A stretch of DNA of 64,000 nt from an uncultured Chloroflexia bacterium (lineage in GTDB: Bacteria; Chloroflexota; Ktedonobacteria; Ktedonobacterales; Ktedonobacteraceae). How positions within the stretch are numbered: the stretch's first letter is position 1; each line of letters opens with the position of its first letter. Position numbers and translations under genes: made by a program. The stretch is from positions 195,863 through 259,862 of the forward strand of contig CAWKKX010000051.1 in the NCBI GenBank assembly GCA_963850365.1. The letters are read 5' to 3'. Positions 50,875 to 61,612 of this stretch are shown in pieces. Below the pieces are notes generated by a model. That model was not told the origin of the DNA. It saw only the letters and a list, made by a program, of their open reading frames with translations, and made no database searches.

Positions 50875-51501
50875 GTGGTTTTCGTTGTTGGCCGGCGCAC
50901 AAAAGTGTATGATGACATATTAGTGGAGGTAGCTACCATTTCCATCCGACCTGCTTACATAACTGATGCAACACCTGTTGTTGCGTTACTTCAACAGGTG
51001 CTTTTGGACGCTGGACAGATTCTCACGGGTGCCACGCATGAGCCCGATGTTTTAGCTGTCCTGGCTCAGTTTTTTCGGTCAGAAGACAACCGTTTAAGTT
51101 ATCGCAATACGCTCATAGCTGAAGAGGAACAGCAGATCGTCGGTGTTATCGTAACATACTATGGACTTGATGCCGCTCGCTTGGATCGTCCTATCATCGA
51201 ACATCTGCGGTGCATAACCAATGATCCTTCGATTAGCCTGGATAAAGAGGCCGATGAGGACGAATTTTACATCGATGTGCTCTCCGTCTCCTCTCAATAT
51301 GCTGGTCGGGGCATTGGTACGGCTCTGATGCTGGCCGCCGAGCAGCTTGCCCGACATCGCCAATATAAGAAAATGGGCCTCAACGTCGAGGAAGAAAATG
51401 TGCGAGCCTATCGTCTCTACAACCGTTTGGGCTATCAAAAAGATAAGATTATCTATCTTTACAGCAACCCTTATCATCATCTGGTAAAACACCTCCTGTA
51501 A
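50875..51501 (+). CDS. GNAT acetyltransferase (start uncertain, possibly 50923)
   Basis: YAGRGIGTALM, LNVEEEN.RA..LY..LGY. Confidence 0.88.
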   Translation: MVFVVGRRTKVYDDILVEVATISIRPAYITDATPVVALLQQVLLDAGQILTGATHEPDVLAVLAQFFRSEDNRLSYRNTLIAEEEQQIVGVIVTYYGLDAARLDRPIIEHLRCITNDPSISLDKEADEDEFYIDVLSVSSQYAGRGIGTALMLAAEQLARHRQYKKMGLNVEEENVRAYRLYNRLGYQKDKIIYLYSNPYHHLVKHLL

Positions 51502-51777
51502 ATTGCTGTTGTGGTGTTGTTCGCCTCCCATGCGCATTTGCGTTTATCTTGTTCGTCTTTGTGTGCTCAAAAGAGATGAAACATCATGTTTTCTATGCTT
51601 GGACCAGTCTGAGTGAACGGTTATTAATAGTTGCTGAAGATCCAGGAATTACAAAATAAGTTTGCATCCATCAAACTTGCCCATCGCCACAGTTGAGTCA
51701 CGATTTTCCAGCATGGTTCGTGTAATTTATGTTGATCTGTAACAAAGTTGTTCTGCAAAAGAAGAAAGAAAGGCAAA

Positions 51778-52383
51778 ATGATGCAAGCTAAAAATAAACC
51801 CTTAGGCGGGTTGCGTGTCGCGATTCTGGTTTCCGACGACTTTGAGCAGGCCGAGATGACTGAGCCGCGTAAAGCCCTTGAACAGGCTGGCGCGACCACG
51901 AAAATTATCTCGCCCAGCGCAGGCCAGATCACAGGTGTCAATCATGATAAGCAAGCGGATAAATTCGATGTGGATATGACGCTTGATGAGGCACAGCCAG
52001 ATAGTTTCGATGCTGTTCTGTTGCCGGGTGGAGCACTGAATGCCGACTTTATACGCGTGAATCCTAAAGCACAGGCATTTGTACAACAGGTTGACAGAAG
52101 TGGACGCCCTATCGCGATGATTTGTCATGCGCCATGGTTGCTTGTCTCCGCTGGCCTTGTAAGGGGCCGCTCGCTTACCAGTTACTACACTATCCAGGAT
52201 GATATTCGTAATGCTGGCGGCAATTGGGTCGATCAAGAGATGATTCGTGATCATAACTGGGTGAGCAGTCGCAGCCCGAAAGATCTACCGGCCTTTAATC
52301 AGGCTATGCTCTCGCTTTTCTCCGAGTATAAGCAAAATGGTAGAGTTCATGGTCAGAATCCACAGGATGTGATATCCGCATAA
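51778..52383 (+). CDS. PfpI/DJ-1 family protein
   Basis: DDFEQAE, LPGG, ICHAPW, SSRSP.DLPAF. Confidence 0.92.
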   Translation: MMQAKNKPLGGLRVAILVSDDFEQAEMTEPRKALEQAGATTKIISPSAGQITGVNHDKQADKFDVDMTLDEAQPDSFDAVLLPGGALNADFIRVNPKAQAFVQQVDRSGRPIAMICHAPWLLVSAGLVRGRSLTSYYTIQDDIRNAGGNWVDQEMIRDHNWVSSRSPKDLPAFNQAMLSLFSEYKQNGRVHGQNPQDVISA

Positions 52384-52723
52384 TCATCTTTCAGGTTTTG
52401 TGTGTATCTTTTTGTTCTGTTGAGAGTCTCGGTAAGGCCAACGCGTTCTATGATTCACTTCAAGGTGCTAAATTTGGTATGTGAGTGCTGAATTTAGCAC
52501 CTTCAATCTTGCTTCATGGCGAGATTGACATGTTTTTATATAGAAAAGTCAATATGTGGGCAGGGCAATGACGGAAACCATCAGGTAGCAGACCCATTTT
52601 GAAACCACTACTGAACATCGGAACGTGTGATAGATGTGTATAAGCGTTGATGAGCATATACCTGGAAAACAAAGTATTGCTTACTTATTTTGCAACATGC
52701 AAACAAGAACGGAGTATATAAAT

Positions 52724-53069
52724 ATGTCAAGTGATTCAAAGGTAACAACCGATCACAAAACTATTCAGCAGTGGGCGGAAGCGCGGGGTGGCAAGCCTGC
52801 ATCGGTGAAAGGCACCGAGAGAAACGGCGAAGCTGGCTTGCTCCGCATCGAGTTCCCGGCTTACAGCAGTGGTGATAAGCTGGAAGAAATCTCATGGGAT
52901 GAGTTTCTTTAAGAAATTTGATGAGAAGGAGCTGGCTTTTCTCTATCAAGAACACGTTGCACATGGCGATGAGAGCCGCTTCTTCAAGTTCATCAGCCTG
53001 GATAGTGCTGAACACAAATTGGCGTATGATGCCGACGAGAAGGTACACAAAACTTCTTTACATAGGTAA
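52724..53069 (+). CDS. Conserved small hypothetical protein (frameshift near 52907)
   Basis: TTDHKTIQQWAEARGGKPA...LRIEFP...ISWDEF continues in the +1 frame as FKKFDEKELAFLYQE...SRFFKF. Confidence 0.7.
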
Positions 53070-53108
53070 ATGTTAGCTTTGAGTATTTGGTGAACCTTGC
53101 CTAAGTGG

Positions 53109-53145
53109 AATGCTGCGGCCATCTGTAGAAGATGGCCGCAGCATT
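53109..53145. terminator. GC-rich 16-bp hairpin, possible terminator
   Basis: AATGCTGCGGCCATCT-GTAGA-AGATGGCCGCAGCATT; no clear U-tract. Confidence 0.5.
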
Positions 53146-53265
53146 GCTAATAGTAAAGGACGTTCAGGTTGTTGTAAGGTGTGATTATCGGGCTGCAAGT
53201 TGGCTATCAGGCTCAAGCACCATAATCTGTCTGATGCTATCTATCACACAGGAATTTTCTATTTT

Positions 53266-53946
53266 ATGGAAGTAAAAGCTACAACAACTGATAACACAGA
53301 GCCTCTGGAGCCCGGAGGGCTAACGGCTAAGCCCGCACGTCAACATTCACGCAAGCGCAACATTACAGTTTTTGTGATCGTTTGCTTGCTGAATGTTGGC
53401 CTGCTTGCGATTCTCTGGACGCAACTCACGACGCCGGCTACAGTTGTGCCCAAAGGTGCATCTCATTCTGTCGATGATCCTTCGCTTACCGGCTTTATAT
53501 CCAGTCCTCTCATTGGGCGGCCCGCACCTGATTTTAAGCTATCAGCTTTAAATGGCAGTGTAAATAGTGCAAAACAAGTGCACTTGGCCGATTTTAAGGG
53601 CAGGCCAGTAATCATCAATTTCTGGTCCTCGTCATGTGCCCCTTGCCAGGTGGAAACGCCATTTTTGCAAAAATCATGGTCTGGTCTGCAACAAAAGGGC
53701 GTGAGCTTGATTGGTATTGACGGTTTTGAGCAAGTAAGCAATGCCCAGAGTTTTATGCAGCGTTATGGCGTAACGTATACCAATGTGCAGGATAACCTGG
53801 ATGGTGCGACGGGCATCAGCTTTGGCGTGACTGGCAATCCAGAGACCTATTTTATCGATAAAAATGGTGTCGTGGTGGCACGCTGGATCGGCGCATTAAA
53901 CGAGCAGGGTCTGCAAAGCGGATTGGCGAAAATGCATTTGAATTGA
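53266..53946 (+). CDS. TlpA/CcmG-like thiol-disulfide oxidoreductase
   Basis: TM anchor, INFWSSSCAPC, GNPETYFID. Confidence 0.9.
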   Translation: MEVKATTTDNTEPLEPGGLTAKPARQHSRKRNITVFVIVCLLNVGLLAILWTQLTTPATVVPKGASHSVDDPSLTGFISSPLIGRPAPDFKLSALNGSVNSAKQVHLADFKGRPVIINFWSSSCAPCQVETPFLQKSWSGLQQKGVSLIGIDGFEQVSNAQSFMQRYGVTYTNVQDNLDGATGISFGVTGNPETYFIDKNGVVVARWIGALNEQGLQSGLAKMHLN

Positions 53947-53956
53947 GGCCGCGCAG

Positions 53957-54418
53957 ATGATGATAGAGATTCGTTGGCTTGTGCGTGTTGTACATACCCT
54001 GGCAGCCGCGGCATGGGTGGGTGGAAGTTTTATGTATCTGCTGGTGGTGGTTCCTGCACTGCGTAGCGATGGACCTGCCCCGGCTGTAGCTGCAAAGATC
54101 GCCGAACTATTCAAGAAAATGGTGAATATTTGCGTCGGCGTTCTGCTCTTTAGTGGTGCTTATCTTATGCTTGATCGCCTGACACAAACGACGTTGGGCC
54201 TATCATATATCATTACGCTGGGGCTGAAAATCGCCGGTGCGCTTGGCTTATTTATCCTGGCAATCTATCTGGGACAGAGCAGTATTCGGCGTCTGGCAAA
54301 ACGTTCAACGCGGCTCTCAAAAGCTGCGCCACAACTGATGCTGGCCCTGGGTATATTTGTATTTCTACTTGGTGCACTGCTGAATGTCTTATTTGAAGCT
54401 ACTATTGCACCACATTGA
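53957..54418 (+). CDS. CopD-like four-TM membrane protein
   Basis: HTLAAAAWVGG motif, 4 TM, LGLK. Confidence 0.65.
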   Translation: MMIEIRWLVRVVHTLAAAAWVGGSFMYLLVVVPALRSDGPAPAVAAKIAELFKKMVNICVGVLLFSGAYLMLDRLTQTTLGLSYIITLGLKIAGALGLFILAIYLGQSSIRRLAKRSTRLSKAAPQLMLALGIFVFLLGALLNVLFEATIAPH

Positions 54419-54431
54419 TGGAGGTCGTATT

Positions 54432-54887
54432 GTGCAGCCTGCTTTGACTCTATCCGCAAATGAACAAGAGATAATACGCCCGCGCAAGCGGCTCCCATTT
54501 AGTTTTATTATCGCGGGCATTGCTATTCTCGGTGCCGTAATCTATCTCGTCTATGCAAACACACAGGCGAATGCTGTCTATTATATGACTGTGCCGGAGT
54601 TGAAGCATTGTACCACCTGCGCCACGCAGGCGGTACGTGTGGCAGGCTTTGTGCAAAATGGCTCGATTCAACATGATGATAAGACGCAGAGTGTCTCGTT
54701 TGTGATTGCTGATAGCATGCAGACGTTGCCAGTTACCTATAGTGGTGTTGTACCCGACATTTTTCGCCCTGGTGTGCAGGTGGTTGTGGAGGGACACTAT
54801 ACGGGGACCGGCCCATTCCAGGCCCAGACTTTGTTGGCAAAATGTCCATCGAAGTTTCAATCCGCGACACCTGGCGCAAAGAAATAA
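54432..54887 (+). CDS. ccmE: Heme chaperone CcmE (Cys-type variant)
   Basis: YYMTV.EL, VRVAG.V..GSI, YSGVVPDIF...VVVEG, LAKCPSKF. Confidence 0.9.
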   Translation: MQPALTLSANEQEIIRPRKRLPFSFIIAGIAILGAVIYLVYANTQANAVYYMTVPELKHCTTCATQAVRVAGFVQNGSIQHDDKTQSVSFVIADSMQTLPVTYSGVVPDIFRPGVQVVVEGHYTGTGPFQAQTLLAKCPSKFQSATPGAKK

Positions 54888-54896
54888 GGTGCGACT

Positions 54897-56924
54897 GTGT
54901 ATTTTTCAGATCTTGGTGTCATTGCGCTTATTTTAGCGTTAGGGTTTGCACTCTATACGGTCGTTGCATCTGTGCTGGGTGCGGTGCGTTCGGCTCCACA
55001 ATTGGTGCAGAGCGCGAAACGTAGCCTGCTGGCCGTGACTTTTTTTATGCTGCTGGCTTCGGCGGCTCTGGTGGTTTCGTTTCTTACGCATGACTTTGGC
55101 GTGAACTATGTGGCGCAACATTCTAGTCTGGCGATGCCCTGGTACTTTACGACGGCGGCTTTTTATGGCGGCCAGGAGGGATCGCTGCTGTATTGGGCGT
55201 TGATGCTCTCTATCTTCTCTGCTATTTTTGTATTTACATCCAGGCGTGCCCCGGTTGCTCTCGTGCCATATGTGATGGCTACGTTGATGGCGACCGAAGC
55301 TTTTTTTGTGATTGTGCTTACCTCTGTCTCCAATCCTTTTGCACGTTCGCTCATTGTACCTACCGATGGGGCCGGTCTCAATCCTCTGCTGATGGACCCC
55401 GGGATGCTGGTGCACCCTCCTATGCTGCTGATGGGCTACATGAGCTTTGCCTTGCCCTATGCTTTTGCAGTTGCGGCTATGATTACTGGCAATCTCAGTT
55501 CAGAGTGGCTACGATCTATTCGGCGCTGGACGCTGGCCGCCTGGACTATTCAAACAACGGGTTTGATCCTGGGTGCCTGGTGGGCCTATCATGTGTTGGG
55601 CTGGGGTGGCTATTGGGGCTGGGACCCGGTTGAGAATGCTGCTTTGCTGCCCTGGCTCACAGCGACTGCTTTTCTGCATTCCACTATGGTGCAGGAACGG
55701 CGCGGTATGCTCAAAGTCTGGAACCTCTTTCTGATCATTGCCTCGTTTGCGCTCTCCATTTTTGGAACTTTTGAGGTGCGTAGTGGCGTCATCAGTTCTG
55801 TACATTCATTTGCCTACTCCAGTATTGGAGAATACTATCTGGTCTTCCTGGTGATCGTGATTGTGTTTTCAAGTGCGCTCTTCTTGATTCGCTTGCCCAA
55901 ATTGCGGCCAGAGCAGGAATTCGATTCTGTAATCTCGCGCGAGGGCGTTTTTTTGCTGAACAATTTGCTACTGCTAGGCATGACCTTCGCGACTTTATGG
56001 GGCACGCTCTTCCCATTGATCTCGGCTTTTATACGCGGCCAGACGATGACAGTGGGGCCACCGTTTTATAATCAGGTGATGTCTCCGTTGATTGCGATAT
56101 TAATAGTCGCGATGGGAGTAGGCCCCTTGCTGGCCTGGCGGCGCACCTCACGAAGCGCTTTGTGGCGCAATCTAAGCGTGCCGGCTATTCTGGCGGCGTT
56201 GTGCGCGGCGGTGCTACCAATCTTTGGCGTAACGGATATCGCTGCCAATATCGGTTTCTCTGTATGTGCGTTTACTGTGGCTGCGATTCTGTATGAACTC
56301 TGGCGTGGTGCACGTGTGCGTCATAGTCATGGTGAGCCTTATATTGTTGCGCTCTACATGCTATTTCATCGCTATCGTCAGCGTTATGGGGGCTACCTGG
56401 TGCATCTGGGATTGGTCTTCCTCATCATCGGCGTCATCGGGTCGAATTATTTCCAGCAGCAGCGCGATGCGGTGTTGAAGCCAGGGCAAGATATGGCTAT
56501 TGGTGGTTATCGATTGACTTATCTAGGTAATATTGATACAAAGGAGCCAGACAAGGAGACGATCACGTCGCAGTTACAGATCTGGTATGACGGTCAGCTA
56601 CAAAGTTATATCTATCCTGGTCGTATAACGTATCATAATTATGGTGATCAGCCTGCCAGCTTGATCCCTATTAATACTTTTGGTCTTACGGATCTTTATG
56701 TTGTGCTAACGGACTGGAATGGTGCGGCGCAGGCGACGATTCGTGTATTTATCAATCCATTAGTTGTGCTGGTCTGGTATGGTGGTATGCTTATGCTTAT
56801 AGGTGGTGTGGTCTGCTGGTGGCCCGAACGGAGGCGCTCTTCGATGCTTGCGCGTATCGCTGGAAAATCCAATATCGAGGCGGAAAAGCTTGCTGGTGTT
56901 GTCGATGGGAGCGTGGTTGTATGA
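54897..56924 (+). CDS. ccmF: Cytochrome c heme lyase CcmF
   Basis: GQEGSLL, HPP, WAYHVLGWGGYWGWDPVEN, SVHSFA. Confidence 0.96.
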   Translation: MYFSDLGVIALILALGFALYTVVASVLGAVRSAPQLVQSAKRSLLAVTFFMLLASAALVVSFLTHDFGVNYVAQHSSLAMPWYFTTAAFYGGQEGSLLYWALMLSIFSAIFVFTSRRAPVALVPYVMATLMATEAFFVIVLTSVSNPFARSLIVPTDGAGLNPLLMDPGMLVHPPMLLMGYMSFALPYAFAVAAMITGNLSSEWLRSIRRWTLAAWTIQTTGLILGAWWAYHVLGWGGYWGWDPVENAALLPWLTATAFLHSTMVQERRGMLKVWNLFLIIASFALSIFGTFEVRSGVISSVHSFAYSSIGEYYLVFLVIVIVFSSALFLIRLPKLRPEQEFDSVISREGVFLLNNLLLLGMTFATLWGTLFPLISAFIRGQTMTVGPPFYNQVMSPLIAILIVAMGVGPLLAWRRTSRSALWRNLSVPAILAALCAAVLPIFGVTDIAANIGFSVCAFTVAAILYELWRGARVRHSHGEPYIVALYMLFHRYRQRYGGYLVHLGLVFLIIGVIGSNYFQQQRDAVLKPGQDMAIGGYRLTYLGNIDTKEPDKETITSQLQIWYDGQLQSYIYPGRITYHNYGDQPASLIPINTFGLTDLYVVLTDWNGAAQATIRVFINPLVVLVWYGGMLMLIGGVVCWWPERRRSSMLARIAGKSNIEAEKLAGVVDGSVVV

Positions 56925-57538
56925 GTGATGAGAGGATTGTGAAGGGGCAAAACAGTCGGGGGCAGCGGCGCTCATTCTTCATGCTGCTGGCGGCCCTGGC
57001 TTTGTTGGCAGCTGTCTGGTCCTGGCTGGCGTTTTCAGCTGCCAGGCCGCAGACGCTAGATCAGCGTGTGAAAAACGTGGCCTCGCAGCTGCGTTGTCCT
57101 GTTTGTCAGGGAGAGTCCGTTGCCGATTCTCCCGCTCTCCTGGCTCAGCAGATGCGTCTGGTGATACGTGAGCAACTACAAGCGGGCAAATCCGATGAGG
57201 ATATTGTGCAGTATTTTGCCAGTCGGTATGGTGAGCAGAACGTTGTCTGGTCGCCGCCTCGGCAGGGTTTCGCCTTGCTGGCCTGGATTGTGCCTATTGT
57301 ATTGCTGTTAGGTGGTATTGTGCTGCTGTTCTTTGTGTTTCGTGATTGGCTGGCGAGTAGTATGCTTGCTCGGCCGTCCGGTTCTGTTTCTGCTAATGGT
57401 ACACATGATCATAACGATGAACATCCTGAGGCAGTAATTCCTGGCGATGTCGTGCTAGAACATTATCGCGCACAGATTGAGCATGAGCTTGCTGCTGATG
57501 ATGTGCTCTTCAGACGGTATGAAACGGAGGCAAAATGA
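56921..57538 (+). CDS. ccmH: Cytochrome c biogenesis protein CcmH
   Basis: LRCPVCQGESVADS, RYGE, W..P. Confidence 0.92.
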   Translation: MSDERIVKGQNSRGQRRSFFMLLAALALLAAVWSWLAFSAARPQTLDQRVKNVASQLRCPVCQGESVADSPALLAQQMRLVIREQLQAGKSDEDIVQYFASRYGEQNVVWSPPRQGFALLAWIVPIVLLLGGIVLLFFVFRDWLASSMLARPSGSVSANGTHDHNDEHPEAVIPGDVVLEHYRAQIEHELAADDVLFRRYETEAK

Positions 57539-57906
57539 TGGCTACTGCTGTTGCGATTGCGCTGGCATTCCTATCACTCGCTTTTGTGCTCTATCCTCTC
57601 TATCGCCGACCTCCAGATCACACACCCAATCATGCGACACAAAAGAGCCATGCTCCTGGGGGAGATATCGAGGTACAGACGTTAGAAGAGAATGAGCAGA
57701 CTGCCCGCGATGCCGTTCAGGAGGTCGAGCTGGATTATCAGTTGGGGAATATCGAGGAGATGGACTATCGCAGTCTGCGCGAGCGTTATATGCAGCGTGC
57801 CATGATTGCACTGAAATCCCGTTATGAACGCGAACAAGAGATCGATGCGGAAATTGAAGAGCAATTGCGCAAACTGAAGGAGCCTCATGAAAAAACTAAC
57901 CATTAA
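57535..57906 (+). CDS. CcmI-like N-terminal membrane protein
   Basis: TM plus ELDYQLGNIEEMDY..LR.RY helix; ccm context. Confidence 0.6.
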   Translation: MMATAVAIALAFLSLAFVLYPLYRRPPDHTPNHATQKSHAPGGDIEVQTLEENEQTARDAVQEVELDYQLGNIEEMDYRSLRERYMQRAMIALKSRYEREQEIDAEIEEQLRKLKEPHEKTNH

Positions 57907-59168
57907 AAGTGCTCTACTGGCCGTTGCTCTACTGCTCTTCTTTACGCTAACAATCCTACCTGCCTATGCTGTTGCACCAGGCAATGGACATATTTACGGA
58001 CAATTGCTGGATGGCAGCAATAAAAATGCACCAATCGCGAATCAGGTAGTCACGTTACAAGTGGCTCAAGGCAGTGGTGCTAAGGATGTGAGTACGTCTA
58101 AGACAGATGCGCAGGGCAAATTTTCTTTTGCCAACCTCTTGACCGACAAAACGTTGAGCTACGTGGCCTATATTCGTTACCAGGGCGCACAGTATGAAAG
58201 TTCTGTTGTCACACTGGATAGCAACGCAACGCAAAAAGTGTCTCTAACGGTCTATCAGGCAACCTCCAATCCACAGAATATCGCGATTCTCCAGGCTAAT
58301 GTGTTGGTGAGAGAGCCAGATATAGAACGCGGTATTTTGAGCGTCTCTGAAGTATTCGCGATTCAGAATCTAAATAACCGTGCTTATGTTGGTTCGTTCG
58401 ATGCCAGCAAGGGCAAGCCAAATGCACTGCGTTTTACCCTCCCGCAGGGCGCAAAAAATGTCGCATTAGGTAAAGGATTTAACGGCTATAATGTTATTCA
58501 GGTTGATCGTGGTTTCGCCTCTGATGCTGCTTTACTGCCAGGAGGCAATGAGTTTCTCTTTCTCGTTCGAGCTTCCATATACGACCACAAACTATGATTT
58601 TCATTATGAGACCATCTATCCTACCGTTCAGCTTTCTTTTCTTGTTGCACCCAACCTGCATGCCAGCGTAAATACACTGAAGGCAGCAGGGGTGGTTGAT
58701 GCTAATAATCACTCTTATGTTGTCTTCAAGGGCACCGTGTTGCCCGCCCGGCAAGAGATAACGATGCATCTGGAAGGGTTGCCTGTATCTGCACGTGCCA
58801 GTTCACCATCATTCAATCCGACAACGACCTGGCTCATTGTCGCCGTCGTTTTGCTGTGTGCGCTTGTCGCTTTGACCTGGTTCCTCTATCGCTCGCGTCA
58901 ACGTAATGCATCAACGGCAAGGGCCAACCAGCAGAAAGGCCGTGATGGAAGAAAGCCCATGTCGAATTTCAAGAGTAAAGATACAGCGAAGAAGTCAGCA
59001 GCCTCTTCCCACGAGGAGCAGCATGAAAAGCTCTTACAAGAGTTGTTGCACTTAGATGAAGATTACGAGGCTGGTAAGCTAGCAAAAGCTGTCTATGAAG
59101 AGCGGCGTGGAAAAACGAAGGCTCGCCTGCGCACATTGATGAGCGAGCGGGAGACTTCAAAACGATGA
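57887..59168 (+). CDS. Secreted beta-sandwich membrane-anchored protein in the ccm cluster (frameshift near 58556)
   Basis: Signal peptide, TDAQGKFSF prealbumin-like motif, TM and LLHLDEDYEAG.L...Y tail in the +1 frame. Confidence 0.7.
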
Positions 59169-59950
59169 ATGGGCAGCGCGGGGAGAAATATAAAGAGATG
59201 GCATCCACCAGCCCCCATGCTATAGACGTAGCCGCACCTATAGCACACAGCCCGATTATAGAGATCCATAATCTCAAGAAAAGCTATGCATTCAAGCCAG
59301 TCCTGCGGCGTATCGATCTTACACTTTTACGAGGTCAGCGCATGGCTGTGCTTGGCTCCAATGGGGCAGGCAAGACGACCTTGTTGCGCATTCTAGCTTG
59401 CCTGGAGAAGCCAGATTCTGGTATCGTCAAGATTGCGGGCCTGGATCTTACCCACAATCCTCAGCATATTCGTCAACTCACTGGTCTTGTAGCGCATCAG
59501 CCCTATCTCTACGAAGAGCTAACTGTGCTTGAGAATCTGCTGTTCTTCGGTCGCATGTACAATGTTGCGCGGGCGCAGGAGCGTGCGATGGATCTGTTGC
59601 AGCATGTTGGTCTGGAACGCAGGATACAAGAGCGCGTCAGTTCGCTCTCGCGTGGACAGGTGCAACGCCTGGCGTGGGCGCGGGCTTTGCTGCACGACCC
59701 ACGCCTACTTTTACTTGATGAGCCTGAGACTGGATTGGATCAGAGTGGAAATGCGCTCATAGATGCTCTCTTCACAGAATACCATACGCGTGGGGGTAGC
59801 GTTCTGTTTACGACGCATAGCCTGGAGCGTGCTTTACATATGAGCGAACAGATTGTGCTGCTCAATGGTGGCCGTATCGTTTTCCAGCAAGAGAGTGCAA
59901 GCCTGACATTGGATGAGCTACAACAGGTCTACAGGCAGGTGGTGAAATGA
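59165..59950 (+). CDS. ccmA: Heme ABC exporter ATPase CcmA
   Basis: GSNGAGKTT, LSRGQ, LLLDEP; precedes ccmB. Confidence 0.92.
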   Translation: MNGQRGEKYKEMASTSPHAIDVAAPIAHSPIIEIHNLKKSYAFKPVLRRIDLTLLRGQRMAVLGSNGAGKTTLLRILACLEKPDSGIVKIAGLDLTHNPQHIRQLTGLVAHQPYLYEELTVLENLLFFGRMYNVARAQERAMDLLQHVGLERRIQERVSSLSRGQVQRLAWARALLHDPRLLLLDEPETGLDQSGNALIDALFTEYHTRGGSVLFTTHSLERALHMSEQIVLLNGGRIVFQQESASLTLDELQQVYRQVVK

Positions 59951-60627
59951 GGGATGTCGTCATCTTCTGGCAACAGGTCTGGGCTATCCTCTGGAAAGAT
60001 ATTCGCTACGAGCTGCGTAGTACACAGACCTGGCTGAGTATGGGTATGTTTGCCCTGCTTGTGCTCGTTATCTTTAATTTTACCTTTGACCTGCGCGTAA
60101 ACAACGTCAAGGCAGTAGCCCCTGGTGTGCTGTGGATAGCTTTTATCTTTGCCAGCCTGCTCGGTCTGGGACGTACGATTGCCGCCGAGCGTGAGCGTAG
60201 CATTATGGATCGTTTGTTGCTCACTCCTGTAGATCGGAAAGTAATATACCTTGCCAAGCTCGTAGGTAATATGTTATGTATCGGAGTAGTAGAAATTGTT
60301 GCCTTGCCCATTTTTGTATTGCTCTTTAATTTCGATATAGTAATTGTGCGCGATCTGATACCGATTGTCCTGTTGGGAACGATTGGTCTGGCCTCGATTG
60401 GTACGCTCTTCTCCGTCATAGTGGCAGGGACCCGTGCGCGTGAGCTTTTGTTGCCAGTACTCGTGTTTCCATTGATCGTTCCTGTTATAATAAGTGCAGT
60501 CCAGGCGACGAGTCTGGTATTGTCGCCATCCGTCAACGAGCCGCCGTGGTTGGGCTTACTTATCGCATTTGACGTTATTTTTCTGAGTGTTTCTACGCTC
60601 ACATTTCAATTTGTTGTCGAGGAATAA
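59947..60627 (+). CDS. ccmB: Heme exporter CcmB
   Basis: APGVLW, RELLLPVL.FPL..PVII. Confidence 0.92.
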   Translation: MRDVVIFWQQVWAILWKDIRYELRSTQTWLSMGMFALLVLVIFNFTFDLRVNNVKAVAPGVLWIAFIFASLLGLGRTIAAERERSIMDRLLLTPVDRKVIYLAKLVGNMLCIGVVEIVALPIFVLLFNFDIVIVRDLIPIVLLGTIGLASIGTLFSVIVAGTRARELLLPVLVFPLIVPVIISAVQATSLVLSPSVNEPPWLGLLIAFDVIFLSVSTLTFQFVVEE

Positions 60628-60704
60628 TATTCTAACCAGAGCTATCGGCAGGTCTGGTGTGCAATAGCCTCTCTAAAGAGGCACCTTTCTCCAGGAGCAG
60701 ATCT

Positions 60705-61442
60705 ATGGCTTTAGCAAAGCAAACAATGCATGTCGAGGGCAATAGCCCGGTACCAGAGACAAAAGAGGCACGGCATCTGGACCGGTTGCCCCTGGTCTCC
60801 TTGTTGCTGGGTGCGCTTTCCGCAATTGGCATGATGATTTCAATGTGGTTGATTTTTGTCTATACTCCGCTGGATGCCCTGCAAGGGGAGCCTCAGCGTA
60901 TTTTTTATTTGCACGTTCCGACCGCATGGATTGGCATGTTCTCCTATGTGGTAATGACTGTAGCTGGCGTTATCTATCTGTTCAAAGCTGACGAGCGTAT
61001 TGATTGGATCGCGCGTGCCTCGGCCGAAGTGGGGTTTGTCTTTCTCACAATTACACTGATCCTTGGGATGTTGTGGGGCAAGCCGATCTGGGGTGCGTGG
61101 TGGGTGTGGGACCCCAAACTGACGGCGGCACTGATCCTCTGGTTTATGTATGTGGGATATATTATGTTGCGCAGCTACTGGGGGCGTAACCGCGAGAGTG
61201 CACGCGTGGGGGCGGTTGTAGGCATTATAGGCCTCGTTGATGTACCTATAATCTATATGTCGGTACTCTGGTGGCGTGGGCAGCATCCCTTGCCAGTGTC
61301 AGATCTGCCATCACAGGCAACACTGACCTTGCTCGTCACACTTGTATCGGTCACCTTGCTGTATTGCTTCTTGACTGTGCAGGCTTATCAACTGCAGCGC
61401 TTACAGACGCTAACACAGCGCTTGCGTGCCATCGTTGAGTAA
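60705..61442 (+). CDS. ccmC: Heme exporter CcmC
   Basis: RIFYLHVP, WGKPIWGAWWVWDPKLT, WWRGQHP. Confidence 0.95.
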   Translation: MALAKQTMHVEGNSPVPETKEARHLDRLPLVSLLLGALSAIGMMISMWLIFVYTPLDALQGEPQRIFYLHVPTAWIGMFSYVVMTVAGVIYLFKADERIDWIARASAEVGFVFLTITLILGMLWGKPIWGAWWVWDPKLTAALILWFMYVGYIMLRSYWGRNRESARVGAVVGIIGLVDVPIIYMSVLWWRGQHPLPVSDLPSQATLTLLVTLVSVTLLYCFLTVQAYQLQRLQTLTQRLRAIVE

Positions 61443-61460
61443 AAAAAGAAGGTGTATTAA

Positions 61461-61610
61461 ATGAGCTATCTTACCGCCGCTTATATTCTTGCCTGGCTCT
61501 CCATCTGTATTTATGTCGCCGTGCTGGCAATGCGTATCCGTTCTGTACGTACAGAGTTGGTCGCGGTGCAAGAACTGGTACGCGAACATGAGGAAAAGAA
61601 GGATCAATAG
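61461..61610 (+). CDS. ccmD: CcmD-like small protein (49 aa, missed by the ORF track)
   Basis: MSYLTAAYILAWLSICIYVAVLAMRIRSVRTELVAVQELVREHEEKKDQ directly after ccmC, with RBS. Confidence 0.8.
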   Translation: MSYLTAAYILAWLSICIYVAVLAMRIRSVRTELVAVQELVREHEEKKDQ

Positions 61611-61612
61611 TC

